Of a DNA stretch of 64,000 nucleotides, positions 1 through 15,000 are shown piece after piece (positions within the stretch are counted from its first letter, which is position 1; each line of letters starts with the position of its first letter). The stretch is from the NCBI GenBank assembly GCA_964606385.1, contig CAZSFZ010000005.1:40650-104649 (forward strand), read 5' to 3'. The notes under the pieces are model-generated. The model saw only the letters and a program-made list of their open reading frames with translations, did not search any database and was not told where the DNA came from. This DNA is from an uncultured bacterium (GTDB taxonomy: Bacteria > Omnitrophota > Omnitrophia > Omnitrophales > Aquincolibacteriaceae). Both the position numbers and the translations under genes were made by a program.

Positions 1-19
1 GGAAGAAAACCCCGTTTTT

Positions 20-3000
20 ATGAACATCGAAGAGTTTCGTCAGGCTTTGAGAACGCCGGGAGGTATCGCGGGTCTTAAGGCCAGGCTTGAGATCGCGGGC
101 ATGAGCGATTCCAAGACCGATGCGCTCCGTAAAGAACTGGAAGCCCTCAGGCAGATGCGAAGAGGGATCCACAGCAAACAATTCACCAGCGTGTGGGCGA
201 AGCTGGGCTATGACACCGGAGCTTTCCGCGCGAACGTGGGCATGAACATGAGGCTTTTCGGGGGCGATTACCGTGCGCGTCTCAAGGTCAACGAGTATGA
301 GCAGGAAAAGAAAGCAGACCAGATCGAAGAGCGTGAACAGGCGCTTTTGTTTGAAATGGAACGGAACCTCACGAGCCTCATCAGCACCGCGGAGCAAAAG
401 GATCTCGCGCGCCAAAGGCTGCAGGTCCTTATGAACGGGTGGGAAGAGAATCGGAGGAGCACGGCGCTTGGCCTTATCGGTGGTGATGCGGGTTTTGATG
501 ACGAGAGGAAACTTGTAGAGGCTTACCATGCCTTAAATGCCGTCGATCAGGCACACATGTGGAATTGGACGGATTTTAATCTGTTCCTTGTGAGGGGGAA
601 TATTAATCCAAGTATCCTGGGTGTTGCCGCCCAGGCTGCTGCCGGGACTGCCGAGATCACTCCCGTTCCGGCTCAGTCGAAGGCGAAAGTCGAGGTGCTG
701 ACGAAAGAAGATATCGGCCTTGATGCATTTCAATCGGACAGAAAGGTGATCGGGGAGACCGACAAGCGGGCTGAATTTCAACCCAATGCACGCGACCTGA
801 TGACGTCTCTTGGACTTGGCGTTTCCCTGTCTGCTGCAGAAGTTCAAAAATCAGAGGCTCTTTTCAAGGAGGCTGAAGAAGGACTGAAGGCCGCCAGGTC
901 CGGGCGCGATGCGGCTGCACGTAGGGTCCAGGAGCAGCAAAAGAAGGTGGATTCCCTTGCCAGGGAGCTTGAAAGTCTAAAAGTGTCTGAAAAAGCGAAA
1001 GCGGAGAAGAAAGACGGTTTTCTGAATTGGTTGTTAGGGCTTTTTGGCGTGGGGGAACAGTTTTCAGGGACTTTGAAGAGTGCTCTCATCGCAAAAGATC
1101 TTGAAAAGGCGGAACAGGAACTGGTGCGGCTCAAGGCCGATCTGGCGAAGGCTGAGCAGGATCGCCAGGAATGGGAAGTAAAGGCGCGGGAGGCGGACGG
1201 GCAGAGGAGGGCTTCGCTGTCCGCACAGGGTCTGGAAGAACTTATTGCTAAGATCCTAGGGGCTAATGTGGACAGCCATAACCTGGCGTCCACCCTTGGG
1301 AAAGAGGGCCTCCAACTGCGTTATCTCAATGCCTTGATCCAAGCGGCAAAATTTGACGGTGCGGAACGTATTTTGGAAAAGTTGCTCAACGGTCAAAAGC
1401 TTCAGGCATTCTGGGAGCAGGATGTGGGGGCTTCCTTTTTGGCGGATCCGGCGGCTACCGATGCCTTGCAGGAGATAAGGCTTGGGGCTGTCAAGTCCGA
1501 GGATCCCTCGAAAGATGTCAGCTTTTTGAGGTATGTCGGCTTTCTGGATTTTGTGGTGGCGCGGCATGTGGATTGGGCGCTTTTGAGTCCGGAGTTCCGC
1601 GCGAAGGCGAAGATCAATACACCTGCAGATGCGAACCGCTGGTTCCTCGAGCTTTTTGGGACCTTGGTTCAGGCTCGGGATCTTTTACAACAGCATTACC
1701 GTAATCTTCCCGATTCTGCGTTTCCCGCCGGTACGGATAAGGTCGCGATGGCAAAGTTGAAGCTCGGGATCCCGCTCGATATTAACGCTCCGGCCGAATT
1801 CGGTATGATCTGGGGGCTTGCATATGATGCCAAGCTTCGCGGGATCGATCTCGGGCGGGGTGAAGCGATCTTTAATGAAGAGATCACCGAGGAGAAGGAT
1901 TTTGACGGGGATAAAAAGCCGGATGTCACTGTGACGAGGAAGTATGAGGAGATCCTGAGGGAGAGTTTTCCGGATTACTCGCTTAACAAGCGTTGGCGCG
2001 CCGTACAGGATCGCCGTATCAATAGCGACGAGCGCCGCTATGGCATGGAAGAGGCCTGGGAATTCCGTGCGATCGTTCACGGAAAGTTTGCGCCGGACGG
2101 CAGCGTGACGCTTAACCAGATCGATCAGGATCAGACGGTAGAACAGGCGAGGACCCTCGCGGTGCAGGCGGCCCTCCGTCAATCGGGAGTCCGGAAGGAA
2201 CATTGGGGCAAGGTCGCTTATGCGGTCGGGATGATGAAGACCCTGATGGATACGAATATTCCCGCACCTATGGAAGGGTTTGAAGCGCTTGCCCGGCTGA
2301 GACAGATCGCCGCTGACGTGGCTGCTGTGCAATCCAAAAAATCCGGCGGGGCAGTGCTGACCCCGGTAGAGGAAAAAATACTGGCAGATGCTGCTGAAAA
2401 GGAAAAAGTCGCTATGCGCATTCTTGTTCAGGATAAGTTCGTGCAGTCTTCCGGAGCTTTTGCCGCGCGCGAATCCCTGACGCTGCTGCTCAAGAACGTG
2501 GGGACCCTGAGCCCGTCGGATAAAACCGCATACTACGATCTTATTGAGACCTCCATGGTCGACGCCAAGGATGGTATCGAGTTGGGCCGTGCGATGGGCC
2601 TTTTGAATACCCTGCTCCATGGTTCCGGTTTTGAAAGCTCGGAGGAGCGTGCGGCGTGGATCAAAATGGATCTATCGAAGCGCATCGAAAAAATGAAACA
2701 GCTTCTTGGGACCGCGTTCAACCTTAATAAGGTTATTAGCTATCCTATTGCGTCCGATGAAACAGGGGAACTGCTCGGACGGCTCCTTGCTATTGCCGGG
2801 GATCTTGATAAGGGGACGGATGCTTGGACGGAATTTTTCGATAAGGACGGAAATTTAGCCGGCACAGAGGAGAAGAACCAGGTCAAGATCGATCGTGCCC
2901 GTCGGCTTTCAACGAAACTGTTCCACACGATCCTGACGCCCGAGGGCCAGGCGGCTATTCTGAAATATGCGGCCGATGTGGATGAAATGAGTATCCATGA

Positions 3001-6000
3001 AAGTAAAAACAAACGCGGCAAAGAAGGTGACGTGGCGGCCATTGCCCGCGATCTCGCGCTCAATGACAGGCTGCAGACCTTGGATGACGTCAAAGAAGAA
3101 TTGAGTATTCGCACGCAAATATTCCAGGAGGCTCCGAAGCTTGGCGAAGATTTTAGGCTGCATGCCACCGAGCTGAACTTTTACTCCGACATGTTCCGTG
3201 AATTCAGGGATCTTTATACCCAGATGACCGTGCCGCAGTTGTTTGATCTCATCAAAGCGGCCATGAGTTCCCGGGGAGAGCTTTTGCAGACCACGATCCC
3301 GTCTTTAGAACAAAGGGTGAAGCCTGAGTTGCTAACGACGGACGATTACAAGGCGTTTCTTGAAAAGGCGCGCTATCTGTCCGGGCAGACCATGGATTTC
3401 AGCGCAGCCTTTCAGCTCGTGACGGACTTTTTCAACGATCAGAAAAGACGGGTTCCGGAAAAGAGGGCGGCATTCGAAGATGCGGCCTCCTGGATCGCGG
3501 AACAAGAAAAAATAAAAACGCTCTTGCAGGCAGGATACATGCTCACGCATTTTGATGAAGCGGGCGATCCCCTGCCTATGGAAGGCTCGGACATTTCTTC
3601 CTGGATTGATAATATCCGCCGGGGATTTTTTGGTGAGGACCAGATTGCTGCAGTGATGGATAACGTTCAGGTGCTTAAATACGATGGTGATATCGAGATC
3701 TTGAACAACGTGGCCAAGGGGAAATTCCTGCGCGCCTATGCGGGGCGCGTGCTTCTTGCCGGCGCCATGTCTGAAGCGGATGTTTCGAAGGTGCTGGACG
3801 CCATTTTCTCGAAGATCGACAGCCGCGGACGGTATGATTTTAAGGCGATCGAGGCGGAGATCCAGGCGCGGATCCAAAATCCGGAAGCAAGACAGAAGGT
3901 CCTTGAGGCCATGAACAAGTTCCCGGTCTTTAAGTATTGGGAAAAAATGGGGCTTGCCAGGGACGCAGTTAACCTGAAGCGTTCCCCGGAATGGATGCGT
4001 TTGTGGTTCGATTTTGTCGCCGTTTTGGAAGAAGCATCCCTGGTCGAAGCGAATAAAATGGTCGATACGGCCCAGTTGAGTTTTGCGGTTCGCCGTTCCT
4101 TGAAGGGGACGGTGACCGTTGATTCCATGAAGTCCTTTTTAATGGGCCCGGAGGATCCTTGGTATAAGAAACCCTTTAGCTGGGCTCAGAATAAGAGGCT
4201 TTTTAGACAAATGCGTTTCGTGGATGAGTATCATGATTTTGCATTTATGGATATGGGGCCTGCGATCAATGACTATCAGCGGTTGGTGGGGACCTGGAAT
4301 ATGGTTTTCAAACAGCTTCCGGGCACGGCCGAGGTCGATTTCGGGACCGAAATCTGGAATGCGATGGATAAGGATCCGGTTTTCTCACAGTGGAAGATTT
4401 CTGACCGTGAAGCCTTGCAGCGGCAGGCGATCGCTCACTTTCAGATGATCGATGCGTCGTTCGCGGATAAATATTACGCCGCTCTTGTGGGGAAGCGTAC
4501 TCAACTCACAGAAGCCGAGAATCAGGAAATATGGGGTAAGGTCCGGGCAGCCCAGGAGGCGGTCCGCGCTCAGATGAAACAGACGGTTATTGACTCGCTG
4601 ATTTCCCGGGCGAAAGGAGAGCCGGATCGCGCCGCTTTCCGGAAGGAGAGCCTCACGCTTAGTGCAGAGCTTTTAGGATTACGGGGTGCGGCAAAAGACG
4701 CATGGAAATCCCGGCGCGATTTTTATGATGAAAATCGCGCGTTCCCCGAAGGTAAAACGGAAAAAGAGATCGCGAGCGGACTTCAAACAATGTATACGGA
4801 ACTTCTTGCGAAGATCCCCGCCGGAGATCGAGGGTTCTATCCTAAAGAACTCGATAAATACACGCTGGAGGCTCTTGTAAAGGAGATGATCGTTTGGGGC
4901 TATACCATGAACGACGTCTTTTACCGGTTTGTTCAGTTGAATTATGAGGTCGAAGGGGCCTACCGCAAGGCGCTCAAGATCCCGGACTCGACCCGGTTGA
5001 CGCGTGTGCAATCGGGAGAGGTCAGTGCGTATACCGAAGAGCTTTTTAAGTCCGTGGGATTCCTGATTTCAGGCGCATATCCCGGTGAAGCAGAAGCTCT
5101 GAAAAGGGTCGGAAGGCCGCTCGACGGGATCATAACGACGGAGTTGGCGCGTTTTCAGGACCGGCTGGTGCTGAGGGATCAGTTGAAAGATCTTTTCACC
5201 AAGAAGTTCGGTAATACGACCCAGATCCATGAAAGTAAAACCGAAGTGGATAGAAAGGCCTATCTCTGGGCCACCAAGTTGCAGGAGCGAGTAAAAACCG
5301 TTAAAGATGTTGAGGTGTGGGTTACTCAGGCCCAGGCTTTGATGACGACCGCGCCGCAGCTCTCCGTCAGTGAAGCATTAGCCCTGATGGATACTTGGAT
5401 CGACCTAGGCATCGCGGATGCACCGTCTACAGAGAAAGTCTGGGATGATGCTCAGATGAAGTCTGAGTGGGATACTTACCGGACCGGCCTTGTTGCTTAT
5501 GCGCAAGGTCCGGGTTATGAAAAAGCATGGCGTAACTTCTGGCTGTATGATCCGGCCACGCAGGTGATGCGTGATTTCAATTCCCCTGAATTCCAGGCGC
5601 TGGTCAATGCCAGGATCGCTCAGCGTAAAATATCGCCGGTCCAGCTTAAAGCCTTGATCGACCAGGTGATGAAGACCGATGCCCTGATCCGTAAGATCAT
5701 GCGCCAGCAAGACGAAAAAAGCATCTCCGACAAAACACGTCTCATCGAGGGGATCCGTTCCATTTCCATCGTGGACCTTCTGTTCTACTACGACGCCATT
5801 TCGAACCCCGGTGAAAAGATCGATTTTATAGACATTGCGGCAGAGACGTCCGGGCGGAGGGACGAAATGCTCCCGCAGATGCAGGCTTGGCAGAAAATGG
5901 TCCAGGACGCCATAAGTTCCGCGAAGAAATTCGAGCTCGAGGAGGGGATGCTTCCGGAAAAGTTCGATCTAACAGAGTTTACTACGCCCAAGGCGCCGGC

Positions 6001-9000
6001 GCCGGTTGAGGGTAAATTCCAGCAATGGCGCAACGAATTCGACTGGAAGTTCAAACAAATGTTGCGGGGGACGCTGGACCTCGAGAAGCATGGTTGGGTC
6101 AATATCGCCATCATATCGGCGATCGCAGGCGCATTGCTTTTTATCGTCAGCTTGCTTCGCGACATTGCACGAAAAACAGTTTTGAAAAAAATAGGGCATG
6201 GAAAAATATATGACAATGATTTAAAAAGCCCGCAAAGTCAGCAGGGTTTTGACTGGGGATATCGCTTTTACGCCGCATTTATTTTTGCCGCGACCACGGG
6301 GATCATGGGGGTCTTTGCCTCGGTCAAGAATCTTGATGTTTTCTGGAGTCCGGCGTTTGTTTTCACGATCGCGGCTAATTTCTATCTCATTTATCACATC
6401 GTTAATATCTTCTTTCAGTATTTTGTCGGGAATCTCGGCGCCCGGCCGGTTTATCCGATGAAACCTTCCGGAGGAAGCCAGCCACTCCTTTCCGGAGAGA
6501 GTGATGAGCTTCAAGCCAAGGTTCTCGTGAGGCTGCTTCAAAAATTAGCGGCTGCTTCTCCAGACGCCCGTCCTCTTATTGGTGATCAAGTAGAAGCTTC
6601 CATTACACGTGTATTGAAGCAAAGGACGGGAGAATATCCGGCCACGGCCGATATCGTACCGTCCATTGTAGGTCAGTTAGCGGCTGCTCCCGACACGGAG
6701 GTTGCTGTCCGGGATTGGCTCGACAGCCTTCCCGCTGCTCGGTCAGAAACTAGAGCGGAGTCTCAGCCGAGATCCCAGATGCGGTTGACGGATGTGCAGG
6801 AAAAACAATTCCAGAAGGCAATGGATGGTGCGCAGGATAAATGGTGGTATAACTTTTTTCCAGATGGTGGTGAAAAGCGCAGAATTGATGCAATGCAAGC
6901 CTTAGCCGAGTTCAAAGACTCGAGAGCTATTCCCACATTAATTAAGATTTGGGAGAGCTCATTATCAGGTGGAAATGCTGATTCTTTCTTAGAGCGTGCT
7001 ATTCGAAACAGTGCGCAGCGCGCACTCAAGACATTTGAGTCGCATGAGTTTGTTCCCGAGCTTATTGATGCTTTAAATAATGCAACGGATTCTGGCATGC
7101 GTTATGTTTTTAGAATCTTTTCCACGCTTAAAGATCCGAGGACTTTCCCAGTCCTTCTCAATGCCTTAAAAGATGCTCGCCTCAGTTATCGGTTAAGTGC
7201 CGTTAGAGCTTTGACCGAGATGAGCGATGCCCAATTCGTTCCCGAGCTAATGACTGTTTTAAATGATGATAGCCCTGAGGTCTGCGTGCTTGCCGCTGGA
7301 GCCATTTTAAAATTTAACGATCCCCAAACCTTTCCGAAGTTAGTTGACGCTTTGGTCAGGGTTTTGGAAAGGTTGCCTCGTGGTGGTGAACATACAACGG
7401 CAGGTGATGATGCTATGAAACTCTTGGGTGAGTTAAAAGACCCTCGGGCAATTCCGGCATTGTCTCAGTTCGAAAGACGCCATGGACATGCTCAGTGGAC
7501 ATCATTGCGGGTTTGGTCCGATGCCTTAGAATCAATCAAAAAAGGCACTCAGGAACGTTCCGAACTCCGTTCCGAGGAAGATGAAGCTCGGGAAGATGCG
7601 GAACTTGAATTTCGCGAAGCCGCGGCACGAGGGAAGTGGAAAACCATGCCGCCGATGCCGCCGGTGGGGCAGATCCAGGCGTTACAAGAACTGCTTCGTC
7701 CGGACCGGGATGATCTCGGGGAAATGCAGGCCTGGATCGGACATCTCGTCCGGGTGCTTGAAGAGACGCCGCCTTCCTTAAAGCTTTTCCTTTTTGCTCG
7801 TGATTGGGACAGCCCCACGTCCAAAGAAGAGGGGATGACGGCGAAGGAGTTTATGCTTGCCGCAATGCGCAATGCCAAAACGGTCGACGGGCGAAGGGTT
7901 GATCTTTTGAAAGAATTTGGGGACCGTGTCGTGGTCTTCACCCGGAGCGGGTCGTTTGAAAAGCCTTATGATTACCAGGCCATTATGCGGTGGCTGAAGA
8001 CCGGGAAGCATACGCTGGAAGGTCGCATTAGCGAAGATATTGCGGATCCTGCTAAGCGTGCAGCTTTTGAGCATAAGTGGGGCGCTGATAAGGAGTGGGA
8101 TAAGTGGGAAGGGCATAATGCCCGGAAAGCCCTTGAACCGGTGCCTAGCAATGAGCCTGAGTTGGATGAACAAGGCCTTCCCAGAAAAGATGAAAAAGGC
8201 AATATCGTTTATAAACCTACATTGGATGAGAATGGTAATGTCGTGTATCCGCTTGAGCGCATTCCGCTGATCAACGGTGTGCTGGACAACAGGACTGGTG
8301 AGGAGATATCTCTCGATGCTGATCCGAAGAAATGGCCTCCCTTGGTTCAATCGCTACGAAATACGGAGCTCGGGAAATCCTCGGTAGAACACCTTCTCGT
8401 TTTTGATGCTGAGATCGGCATGACAGGGGAAGACGTGTTCTGGACGTTCGCAAAGATGAACGATCCGCGCAACAAACGTCACGGGATGTTCGAACCCCGC
8501 CAGATCGTCCGCAACGAAGCGGAAACAGTCCAAACTTTCAATGAGGCCACTGCCGGTGGTTCTCTCTGGTTCACGCATGGCGCCCTCAGCCGGTTCTTTA
8601 ACAGGATCCGCGCGTTCGGCAAGTTCGGGATCAAAGTAAACAAGTACTACGACGACATTATGGAGCCGACGGTCGATGACCCGTACGGTCCGTATATCGG
8701 GGCGTCGGTCAGAGCCAGCGATATGATCTTGCATCCCACGGCTTTCAAGCTCACTAAATTCTTTATTTTTATCGTTGTTCCCGTCGCGGTCACTTTATGC
8801 GTGAATGCGGTGATCGGATTGGGCGTCTTCCTGGCGGCATTCTCACTCCTGCCGAGGTTTTTTGCGAAGTGGCCGCACGTAAAAGGCTCGGGGACTTCCC
8901 GAGCGCTTTTGAGTCATGACGAATGGGAAGCGGTTTTTACGCCGGTAGCGCTGATGAACGACATTGTCATGGAGGATGACGCGAAGCCGAAGCCGATCAA

Positions 9001-12000
9001 CTGGCTTGAGCGTTTGTATCGCTGGATCGGAACTTTTGATGCCAACAGTATCCTTGCGAGGGCCCGTAACGCCCATATTTTCCGCCAGTCGAGTCGCGTG
9101 TTCAATAACGTGATCATTCGCGGGTTATTCGCGACCGCGATCTGGCTGGTCGTGATCCTTGTCGGGGGAGCTGAGACGTCGGTACCGGGTCTGGGTGGGG
9201 TTGCGCGGCCGTTGCTCGGGGAACTGTTGTATGCCGGCACGATGATCGCGCTATTGCATACCAAGATCACCGGACCGCTGATGAACTATTTAAAGAAGCT
9301 CGGATGGGGTTGGGGCTCCGTTGTCGCGGTCATCATGGGCGCGGCTATTTGGAAATTCCAATTGGACGCTCTCTTCTTTATGGTCGCGTTGTCAGGGCTA
9401 GTCGCATTGGTCGCTATCTTTCTGCCCCACGGGTGGGGTACGAACCTCTATTTCCACATAGGGGAAAGGGAGCTTTCCGGAACTGTAAGACTGAAAGGCG
9501 ACATTAAGCAAACCCGTCTGAAAACGGCGCTTTCCGCTCCTCTCCAGATGGGCGACATCGTTAATCAGGGCGGGGAGGAGACGGTTGCTTCGACCGGTTT
9601 TCTTCTGAATTACCTGGATTATTCGGTTCGTTACATTCGAAAGGCTTTTTCGAGCGTTTTTGCCATGCTTAAGACCAAGCGGGTCACGGCACTTGCACAG
9701 CCCAAGATCCCGAAAGAAACCATTTTTGATGCTATTCGAGCACTTCGCGTGACCGTGACCATTGGACTAGTCCTCCTTTTTGGAATGTGGGGGGCGGGGT
9801 GGATGCCGGATGCCGGGCTCGGAGCTTTACAGGTAGGGTTCTGGGGGCAGTTGGGGATCGCTTTGTTTTATTCCCTCGTTTTCCTCGGAAATTATGTGCA
9901 TATTTTTCAAAAATGGATCGCTACTAAAATTAATTTGGCCAAGGCAAAGGAAAACCTTGAAAAGGAAAAAATCAAAGAAAAAGAAATGGAAGTGATTGCG
10001 GCGAGAAATGCAACCGCTAATGGGACCACCCTTGAAGAGGAAAAGATAAAATTACGGAAAGCAGGGATGGGAGCGAATCTAAGCAGGTCCGCGGATTTTC
10101 AGGCTGAGATTGATGATGCGAAGCATGCTTCACGTCTGAACAAGAAGGATATTTTAAGGACGCTCTTTCATCCGATCGCTTTGCTGGCCGCAGTATACTT
10201 GGCACCGTATTATGGCCCGCTGCTCGATCAGCACCTCTTGGGACGTGCGCTCCCGATCCATCTGGCTTTGATCGGAGGGCCTTTCATCGCCTTCTTTCTC
10301 GGATTCGAATTCCACAAAACGAAGTTGTTGAAATATTTTGCCGAGAAATCCAGGCCTATCGCGACGCTCATCGGATCAATAACATGGGCAGGTACTTTCT
10401 GGTACTACGTGGCCATGGAACGTTTGCCGTGGCTTGGTGCGCTCTACCATAATGCGTTAGGTTGGCTCGGGATTATGTCCACGACGAGTTCCGCCGAAGG
10501 GTTTGTGATCAGCGGAACCGGACTTGGCGCGATGCTGGGTACAAATCCCGTCTTTGTCCTTCTTCATATTTTCGTGTTTGTGGGGGTCTCTCTCCTGGTG
10601 GTTATCGGTGCCGGTCTGGGAATCTACCATTATGTAGAAAGCCTTTTAACGAAAAACATCAAAAACACAGAAATTGGGGTTTTGAAAAAAGCTCTTAAAG
10701 ATTGGAAGAAGTACAATGAAAAAATGGCCGAACGAAAAGCTGCCTCGCAGGCTCAGTCACCTGACGCGCGGTCTGAGATGAGGAATGCGGTGTTGACGGA
10801 TCTCACCAAGATCATGGCGCGGCAGGATGCGCTGCCGGAAAAAGCGGATCTCATCATGGTGTTCGGGAGCGGGGATCTGCGCGTGGCGGCGGAGGTGGCG
10901 GAGATGTACAAGGCCTATGCCGCGAAGGGTGTGTCGCTGAAGGTCCTGGTTGCCGGAAAAGGCGACAAGACCGAGAAGCCTGAAGCCGAACTTTATAAGA
11001 ATGAGATGGTGGCCCGCGGTGTCCCGGCTGAAGCGGTGCTGATTGAACCGACCTCCATGAATATGAAGGAAAACGCTGAGTTTACGCAGAAGGTCCTGGT
11101 TGTTGAAAAGGAAAAATCGGGATTCGATCCTCAGGATATTATTTTTGTTCACGCACCGTTCCATGTTTTAAGAGGCGCGGATGCCGCAGTCAAGGTTTTT
11201 GGAACAAAGATCAAGGCCATCCACGCGGCGTATGTACCGACTGCGACTGAGTTACAGGACGCCAAAGTCATCGCCACGCTTGAAAAACAGGCGCCCAGGG
11301 TTGCCGAGATGCCGTCGATCGCCGAATCCGCAGCCATTAAGGCAAAACTCGACGAATATAAGGCGCTTACGGCACCCTCAGCTGTGCCACCCGCCCGCTC
11401 CGAGTTGCGTACGCCGGAGCAGGAGGCGTTGGTCCAGCCGGTGCGTATGATGACGGATGCGATGCTCGAAATGGTCACGACGGAAACTCTCGCAAATAAA
11501 TTCCGGGAGTTCATGCGCGCGGACATCCTTTTGACGCTCGCTCCCGAAAACAAGATGCTTTTCTACTCCGCGGGACCGGCGACCGGAAAAGGCGCCGTGC
11601 TTGGGGCCTCCTTCCTCGCCGAAGATGGGGAAATCGCGGCTCCGTATCAGGACCTTGTTCAAAAATTTGTCCTGGGCCACCAACGGGATTTCAGGCCCGG
11701 CGATAAGGAGAAAGACGGCCGGCATTATCATTTCCGGTCTCAGAGAGGCTATTGGGCTTCGAAATATGCCGCGCTTAAAGATGCGGGGTATTTCGAGATC
11801 CGAATGATCAACAACCAGGAGCAGATGCTGCCGATCAGGACTTTCACCGACTATGATGTTCCAGTCGAGCACGTTCAGAATGCCGGCCTGATCAATCCGC
11901 AGGATGTTGTGGTCAGCTACGAGATCCCGGAAGGACAGCGCATGAGGACGGAGCTAGTCGTTGAACGTCCTGGAGAAGGGCGTGTGACGCTACGCGATAT

Positions 12001-15000
12001 TATTATTCCCGCGGACAAGCAGGGGACATTCTTGCCGGAAGACGAAGTTGTCAATGTGTCGGGCTCTACGGTCACCGTGAACCGGCGCATCATAGGACTC
12101 AATGAGATGCTTGCCGCCAACCGTTTTACGGTTTTTGAAGGCGGTTACGATTGGTTCCGCTGGATCCAGGAAAATCATCCCGGCGCCTTGACCCTTTTCC
12201 TCTCACCGTTCGAGGAAGCGGATTTTGAAAAACGCTCCAAGAATATGGCGTGGATCCTCAGCGCGAAAGATTCGGCAGGAAGAAAACTGTTCCAGACCCC
12301 TCTCGATGTGTACCTGGCTTTTGAAGCAATTGACATGTTGGTGGAAGGAAAAGATCTAGGAGCTTTTGGGAAGATTGCGCCGAGAGGGGAGCTTGACATC
12401 ACCGGTCAGACCGATCTTCAGGAAACTGTGGTGAGGATTGTCCAACATTTGCGGTCGGGCGCTTACCCGGTCCAAGAGGCCAATGAGAGCGTCATTTTGG
12501 GTTCCCGTTTTATACAGGACCTCAATAATGTCATGGGCAATTTCGGCGCGCCTCAGATCGCTGCAAAGGATTACATGCTGGCTCGTGCGCTTGCCAATGA
12601 ATTGCAGCATCGGACCATGAGCCGCAAGGGAGCTGAACCGCAGCCTTTCTATGTATCCAATAAGCAGTCTAATGCTTATGAAAGGATTTTAGAGGGGATC
12701 TTCCAGATCATGACGCGCCACAACTATGGCGCGGGGAATGTTCTTCCGAACGCGCGGATTGCCGATGAGCAGCAGCGCAAAGAGGCGTTGGCGAAACTTG
12801 GCGACAAATTTGCGCGCCGGCTCTTTGAGCACACCATTGCGGGTATCCGCCGTTCCGAACTCCGCGAAGATGAAACGCCGGTCACCGTTTCGCGGTCTGA
12901 AGTGCGATCTGCGGAGGAGGTCATCCGGCATGTCAAGGAAATGCCCGCTGCAGATTTTGATGCTTTGAAGGTGCCGGAATTGGTTGAGTTGACCCGCGCG
13001 ATGATCCGTACGGGAGCTTTTAAACATTTCCCGGGTCTCGAAGAAAAAATGATGGTTTTTTCGGCCGGACCCGGAACGGGGAAAGGTACGCTTCTCAAAG
13101 TTACTTTTAAAGTTGAAGCGGCGGATCTTGAGAAAGATCCGACTGCCAGGGCGCCTTTCGAAGACTTAGTTGATCGGTTTGTGCTTTACCATTCTCGTGC
13201 TGCGCGCATTGATGTAGAGACTGGTTTGTCGGAAAAAGACGGGGAAGATTATCACTTCCGGAACAACACGGATTATCAGTTCGAAGTTCAACCGGAAAAT
13301 GTGAAGAAAGGTACCTATTTAAGAAGTTTGGCCGCCCAAGGACTGCCGCTGGAGATACAAGAGATTAACCGTCAGGCCCAAGGCATGGCGGTCAATGATT
13401 TTCCGGATGGAGAACCCGGGGTAGTCGTTGCAGATGTCGGCGGAACGGGTCTGTCTCAGTTAAAGACCGGAGATCTCGTGATTGACTTTGACCGAAGGCA
13501 GGGGTTGCTTCGAGTCATGCACCAGGAGAACGAAAGAACGGAAGTCTTGGGGATCTCTATCCCGAGGGACAAAAAAGGTCTTTTTCTCCCTGGAGATCGT
13601 ATCGAGGGTGTGCACGGGACAACGGTGACCGTGAAACGTTCGATCCGTGGCATTACGGGACTTTTTTCAGGTGACCGGCTTGGATTTCTGGAGGGGGGCT
13701 ACGAGTGGTTCCGGTACCTGAAAGATCAGTACCCGAAGATTTGGACATGCTTTCTTGCGCCATTGTCCCCGGCAGAACTTCAACAGCGAATTTATAATGA
13801 AGCCGCTATCGATTCAGCTTTTAAAGATCCCGAGGCGAACGCGTTGGCGCACCATATCATGTTTGCCCGCATGGCTGAATTGAACCGCGAAATAGATCTT
13901 CGCCTTCAGACAGAGATGGAAATGATCCGGGCCGAAGTGGCGAAAGGAGAAAATGGAAAATATGGCTCTATGGATCCTGTGCTTCTTAATAATTCGAAAC
14001 TTATTAAGTCCCCTCGCTTTAAGCGGGAACTCGATTCTCTGCTGCAAAAATACAACATGCCGCCTGTTAGCGTGGAGAGGCTGAAACAGGCCGAGGCGCT
14101 TGCATATGAGATCCAGCGCAGGCTTATCACTCGTGACCCCATACAACCCTTTTTGGATGGGGCGGACAAACCGACGGATCGTCTTAATCGTGTTCTGACG
14201 GGGATCTTCCAAAATTTCACGAGTGAGCAGTATAGCCAGACTGTTGTCAACCGATTCGGATATACAAGGGAGCAAAGAAAGGCAAATCTTGCGCAACTAT
14301 CAGATGAATTCATGGACGGCTATTTGAGGCATGTGCTGGCCGCTGTGCGTCGCTCCGAAGTGCGTGTCCAAACGGTTTCGGACCTTCTGGATGTGGTGGG
14401 TGAGGATGACCAGGCGACGGGGCAGCAGGTGGAGCGGAACGTGGCCCATGAAACGGGTGTCCGTCATCGCGCTGCGGTGCTTTTCGCCTTCAACCGGAAA
14501 GGGGAACTGCTGATCCAGAAGCGGGGTATGGAGAAGGACGTTTTCCCGGATACGTGGACATTCTCGGCAAGCGGTCATGTGGATGCCGGAATGAGCTACG
14601 CCAAAACGATCTTGAAAGAAGCTCCCGAGGAAATGGGTATGTCGCTCGATCCGCAGAGGCTGAATGTCATCGGGGCTACGGGGATGCCGTGGTCGTCCCT
14701 GAAGCAGTACGCTTATACTTTTTCGACTGATGACGTTGCTAAAACCCAGGAGGCGATCGAAAAGGCCCATGAAAGATTAGTCCGTGACGGAGTGCTGCCC
14801 GCCCGGCTTGAATTTGATAATCTTCTTTGGAGAGTTTGGCCGGATCCCGCCAAGGGGAAGGTGACGGTATTCTTGTATAAGTTGAGCTCGAAGCTGGACA
14901 CGGCTTTGGATGCGGCCCGCGACAAAGTAAGTCCCGTGCTGAGAGAAATGGTCGGGGAGTATGAACAGCGGACCATCATGAACCGGGATAACCGGACCCA

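Noticed and set aside
11561-11600. FYSAGPATGKG and FSAGPGTGKG in the duplicated modules considered as Walker A P-loops
   Set aside because: The spacing is G-x3-G-K-G, not G-x4-G-K-[ST], so an NTP-binding P-loop is not supported. Left as a conserved motif of unknown function.
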